Below are positions 60,254 to 64,000 of a stretch of DNA of 64,000 nucleotides, in pieces. The position numbers were made by a program, and so were the translations under genes. The notes beneath the pieces were generated by a model that saw only the letters and a program-made list of their open reading frames with translations, was not told where the DNA came from and did not search any database. Every line of letters begins with the position of its first letter. The first letter of the stretch is position 1. This stretch comes from an uncultured cyanobacterium (GTDB lineage Bacteria; Cyanobacteriota; Cyanobacteriia; CAKZMO01): NCBI GenBank assembly GCA_963719515.1, contig CAVRCJ010000011.1, forward strand, positions 32,001 to 96,000, in the 5' to 3' direction.

Positions 60254-61177
60254 TTACTCACCGGCTGCGTCGACCCCGCTAGGCTGAGGGACCTCCTCGC
60301 CTGAGGTCTCGCTGGAGTCCTCGCCAGCGGGGATAGCCCCAGGGGTTGGCTCTGGGCTATCGGTGGCTGTACTGCTGGGAGTAGCCGTGGCAGCATCTGC
60401 CGCCGCCAGTCGATTGATTTCGTCTTTGTAATCGGGGGGTGCTAGTTCAGCCGCTTTAGTGAACAAGGGCTGGGCCTCGACAGTGCGGCTTTGGGCCTGA
60501 AGCACAAGGGCTTTACTCAGCGGCGGGCGAAAGTCTTCGGGATGGCTGGCGATCGCTTCATCATACAGCGCCATAGCCTCGTCGTCTTGGTCCATCTCGA
60601 CGTAAACCTGACCCAGCAGCAGCTGCACTGCCGCGACGTCGACGCTATCGGGCTGAACCAGATTGGTGTCATCTGCCGTCTGCAGCGTGTCCTGCAATAG
60701 GCCCACCGCCGCCTGAGGGCGCTCCTCCTCTAGCAAAAGAGCCACCAGCCCCTGCAGCGCGTTCATATCGCCCGGACTTGTCGAGAGCACCTCCCGATAC
60801 ACCTGGGCTGCTCCGTCGCGATCGCCCGTCTGCTGACGCGCTTGGGCAAGCAGCACCTGATACTCCGTTTGCTCTGGATTAAGTTCGGCCAGCTTTTCCA
60901 GCGGCTCAATGGCCGCCTCCAAATTTCCAAGCTGAATTTGAGTTTGCAGCAGTCCCTGCAGCGCCGTTTGGTTATCTGGCTCCCGCTCAAGGACAAGCTC
61001 GTAGCCCCTGGCCTGAGCTTCTAGATCGTTTTGCTCAGCCGTATTGACTGCATCTGCGGTTGACTCTGTCTGCTGCTGAAAGAAAGACCCAAACGGCAGC
61101 GCGGCAATCCCAATGAAAGCGAGTACGGCAACCAGCAAAACAATGTTAACGAACCAGCGTTTGCGCTTGTCAAACAC
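60254..61177 (-). CDS. TPR repeat protein
   Basis: N-terminal TM; repeated TPR helices. Confidence 0.88.
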   Translation of the reverse strand: MFDKRKRWFVNIVLLVAVLAFIGIAALPFGSFFQQQTESTADAVNTAEQNDLEAQARGYELVLEREPDNQTALQGLLQTQIQLGNLEAAIEPLEKLAELNPEQTEYQVLLAQARQQTGDRDGAAQVYREVLSTSPGDMNALQGLVALLLEEERPQAAVGLLQDTLQTADDTNLVQPDSVDVAAVQLLLGQVYVEMDQDDEAMALYDEAIASHPEDFRPPLSKALVLQAQSRTVEAQPLFTKAAELAPPDYKDEINRLAAADAATATPSSTATDSPEPTPGAIPAGEDSSETSGEEVPQPSGVDAAGE

Positions 61178-61437
61178 GCCTTAACCTCCCAAACTCTACT
61201 GCCATTATGAAGTGGATTGGTGAGAATGGGGCCGATTTAGCCGCGAGCTACGGTGAGCTTAAGCCATGAAGTTATGGTGAAAAGTACCTGAGGTCAGGTA
61301 TTTCAGATGTATAAACGAAAAGTAAGATGCAGCAACTGCCAATGAGTCAAGGTACTGACTCAGTTGCCACATTTCGTCACTCATCCATCCCAACAGAGGC
61401 CGCATGACGAATGCTAACCTAGTGGGTATCTCGATTT

Positions 61438-62919
61438 GTGACGAGTGGTAAGGGAGGCCAGGATTCGTTGGAAGGAAAAGACGACAATTCCCCAAAGGAT
61501 GGCTTTCAAAGTCGACCCGATGGTGCTGCATCTGAAAAAGATGCCCAGCAGATGTCCGATACGTCTGTTCAGGATTCAGCGGACGTTGAGATGAACCAGC
61601 ACTCACAAACGACGAGCGATATGACGGTTTCGAAATCAGTAGAGGTCGAACAGCAGCGGTCAGAACAAGCGCTACCGCCCTTGGACAAAGCGGTGCAGCC
61701 TCAGGCCATGGGCGCAGAGCCCAGCGCAACCGAAATTGCCGAGACTAGTATGCCCACGGCCACCGATGCGTCAGAGGCCAGTATCTCAAAATCAAGCACG
61801 GCTGATTTAGACAGCGAGGCAGCTTTGCGCCAAGTTCCCATTCCTCCAGCTAGTGAACCCCTGCAGTACCGGGCCATTGGTCTGATACGGGGCGTTTACG
61901 AACCCTCAGAGGAGCAGTTTACTCGCGGAAATATCACCACCGAAGATGAGATTCCCATTGACGCTGTTCTGCTCGGACGCGTCATGAGTCTGGTCAAAAA
62001 GCACATCGACCTGACTCAGCCTCACCTGTGGGTGGTCTATCCACGCACGCGACCCAACAATAGCGATCTGCATGCTCAGATCGTCGGGATTTGGGAGCCA
62101 GAAAACCTCAATCAAGTCGACTAGGATGACGATAGCTTCGAAGACAGCGCTGATGACGATGCCGAATTCGGCGCTGATGATGCCGACCTGGGCGACGTCG
62201 TCGCTGGTAATTGGGGCGCTGATGACGATGATTTAGAGGGCCGTACCAGCAGCGCGGCAGCGGATGAGGCGTCGGCAGCGCTAGGCCAACCCATGGGCCA
62301 AGCGCCAGAACCGACGGCGGACTACAGCGCCGATGAAGGCCCGTCAACCCTGACCGGAGGATCTGACGAGCCGCCTCACGCCACAGATTCGGTGGAGGGG
62401 GACGAAGCCGCCGAGGCAGGCTCTAGAGCAGCTGTTCCGCAAGCCCCTAAGAAACCGACGCCTAGCGCCCCGTTGGAGTCCTCAGAAAATTCTAGCGGCA
62501 CGGATGACACACAGGACGACGGCTACTTCTCGATTCGAGGGGAGGTGATCCGACAGGCTCGCGGCGGCCAAGATCTGACGATTAAAATTTGTCAAGCTCC
62601 CCGTAAAGGAGAAAGTCGCGGCCGGGCCTTTAAGCTGCTGCTGAGGGGAACCGTCAACCGCCGCGCAGTAGGCTCGTTCTGGGATATGCACGTCCAGCGT
62701 CAGGGCAACGACCTCGTCATCCAAGAGGCAATCTTTATCAAAGACATGCCGCCAACGAAGCGGCGAGGGCGGAGTGGTCCGCCTCGCCGCGGACAAAGTG
62801 GCCCGCCTAGGCGGCGTCAAGATCGGCCCACGCCCGCCGTGCAAAGACAGGGGGCAGCGCCCGCTCGCCCGGTGCCCAAACCCGTCAAGCGGCAAAATCA
62901 CTCTACGCCCACCGAATAA
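61438..62919 (+). pseudogene. Conserved cyanobacterial protein gene split by one in-frame TAG (62122-62124)
   Basis: ORFs 61438-62124 and 62293-62919 share a frame; 62125-62292 is open and encodes an acidic linker. Confidence 0.7.
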
Positions 62920-62939
62920 AGTCAGGCCTATTGGCTCCG

Positions 62940-64000
62940 TTAGCTCCCCGTAGTCTTGCCCCCCCAGCTCTCTTGGGCCATAAACGCCCGGTCTTTTGGG
63001 AGGGGTGCTACAGGCTGGCTGAGGTAAAATTCACCCAGCTCAATTTGGGCCTTGAGCGCTTCAGAGATCTGTTGAGAATAGGCCAAGCTGGCTAGAGGGG
63101 CGCTGCGGACAACGCGTCCGTCAATCATAATTTTGCCGGACTTGAGCTGCCGGTAGCTGACGAGTCCAAACGTGGGACGCACCCGCCTGGGAATCGAGAA
63201 GTCCACCACGGGGGCGACAATGTCTTCATCCTGGACGGCGCAGCGGGTCACCACCTGCTCGTTGAGCACCGGTAGCGCCACCCCTACCCCAAGCATCAGC
63301 GACGGACCGTAGCCGCGCAGATAGCAGCCTCGGACCCACCGGGGCGACATTTGCTTGGCATCCCCAACCAGGGCAACGGTCGCCGCTGGGCCGATGGGCG
63401 TTCGGTTGGGCAGGCGGCGCTGCACGGGAAAGTGCTGTGTCCCTTCCCAAGTGACATATCCCTCTGCCCCACCCAGCCAAATACGGCTGCCGATGCCGAT
63501 CAGGTCAAGATCGGGGTCGTTCCACAGGGGGGAAATGGCGCCTGGGTTAGAGTACACCGCGTTGCCCAAGCGCGGCTGCAGCGGGCCTAAGTAGGTGAAT
63601 AGCGGGCGATCGCCCCCGTTTACGCCAACGATAAAATTTTGGTAGAGGTTGCGCGGGTTGAAGAGATAGAACTGGTTGATGGAGCTGCGGGTGATGGTGG
63701 TTTCTAGGGAGGCGCGGGGATAGCAGTCTGTCATCTGCCCGATGGCGCGCAGCTGGACGGACTTGTCGGCCACCAAGTCGGCAATCACGTGGCCGCCGCC
63801 GCGCTCTTTCCCCTCGTCACTATCCAGCGCATCCCCAGAGCGCGACCCTTCGGCCATTTGAGTGGCCCCTAAGTACAGGTCCACTGCGCCAAAGCCCGAA
63901 TAGGCCAGCACGCCGTCCAGCCAGCACTGACGAATTTTTATGGGGGGGTCGGTGTGGCCCAGGTTGATGATTGCCCCAGAAGATTCCATGGGCTCGAAGG
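62940..64000 (-). CDS. DUF39 homocysteine-biosynthesis sulfur-incorporation protein (5' end outside window)
   Basis: PMESSGA..NLGH, AVDLYLGAT, GGGHVI, NPRNLYQN. Confidence 0.88.
   Translation of the reverse strand, partial: FEPMESSGAIINLGHTDPPIKIRQCWLDGVLAYSGFGAVDLYLGATQMAEGSRSGDALDSDEGKERGGGHVIADLVADKSVQLRAIGQMTDCYPRASLETTITRSSINQFYLFNPRNLYQNFIVGVNGGDRPLFTYLGPLQPRLGNAVYSNPGAISPLWNDPDLDLIGIGSRIWLGGAEGYVTWEGTQHFPVQRRLPNRTPIGPAATVALVGDAKQMSPRWVRGCYLRGYGPSLMLGVGVALPVLNEQVVTRCAVQDEDIVAPVVDFSIPRRVRPTFGLVSYRQLKSGKIMIDGRVVRSAPLASLAYSQQISEALKAQIELGEFYLSQPVAPLPKDRAFMAQESWGGKTTGS

Larger units (their letters stand above)
1..64000. other. HIP1 octamer GCGATCGC highly iterated in host DNA
   Basis: Very many occurrences; none seen in 30.7-34.0 kb or inside the IS3 element. 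Confidence 0.95.

Overview
Cyanobacterial chromosomal window, judged from very frequent HIP1 octamers (GCGATCGC) and gene content; probably a filamentous Leptolyngbya/Nodosilinea-like organism (inference). The backbone is ordinary: folK, cobQ, ycf46/ycf35, nadA, clpB, dcd, a cbiMQO-type Ni/Co ECF operon, modA, tatC, two kinase-WD40 genes and transporters. Two accessory hotspots stand out. (1) 0-3.8 kb has a MITE-interrupted pentapeptide pseudogene and nested miniature elements. These include tnpA/tnpB-less IS200/IS605-type elements that always sit after TTAG and end in TCAC; a second copy lies at 57.2 kb. (2) 27-35.6 kb has the last 183 nt of clpB three times with the same left boundary. Each copy is followed by different cargo: Uma2; HNH and HicAB toxin-antitoxin genes with remnants; and an AT-rich two-gene candidate defence module. 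No integrase is present. Both hotspots also carry a homologous ~100-115 aa protein preceded by a structurally conserved three-hairpin leader, which I cannot assign to a known RNA family. Also present: complete IS3 and ISAs1 elements with target duplications, a 47-aa ORF missed by the ORF track, several deletion remnants, and a gene split by one in-frame TAG. No rRNA, tRNA or CRISPR array seen. All protein assignments are motif recognition by eye; no searches were run.
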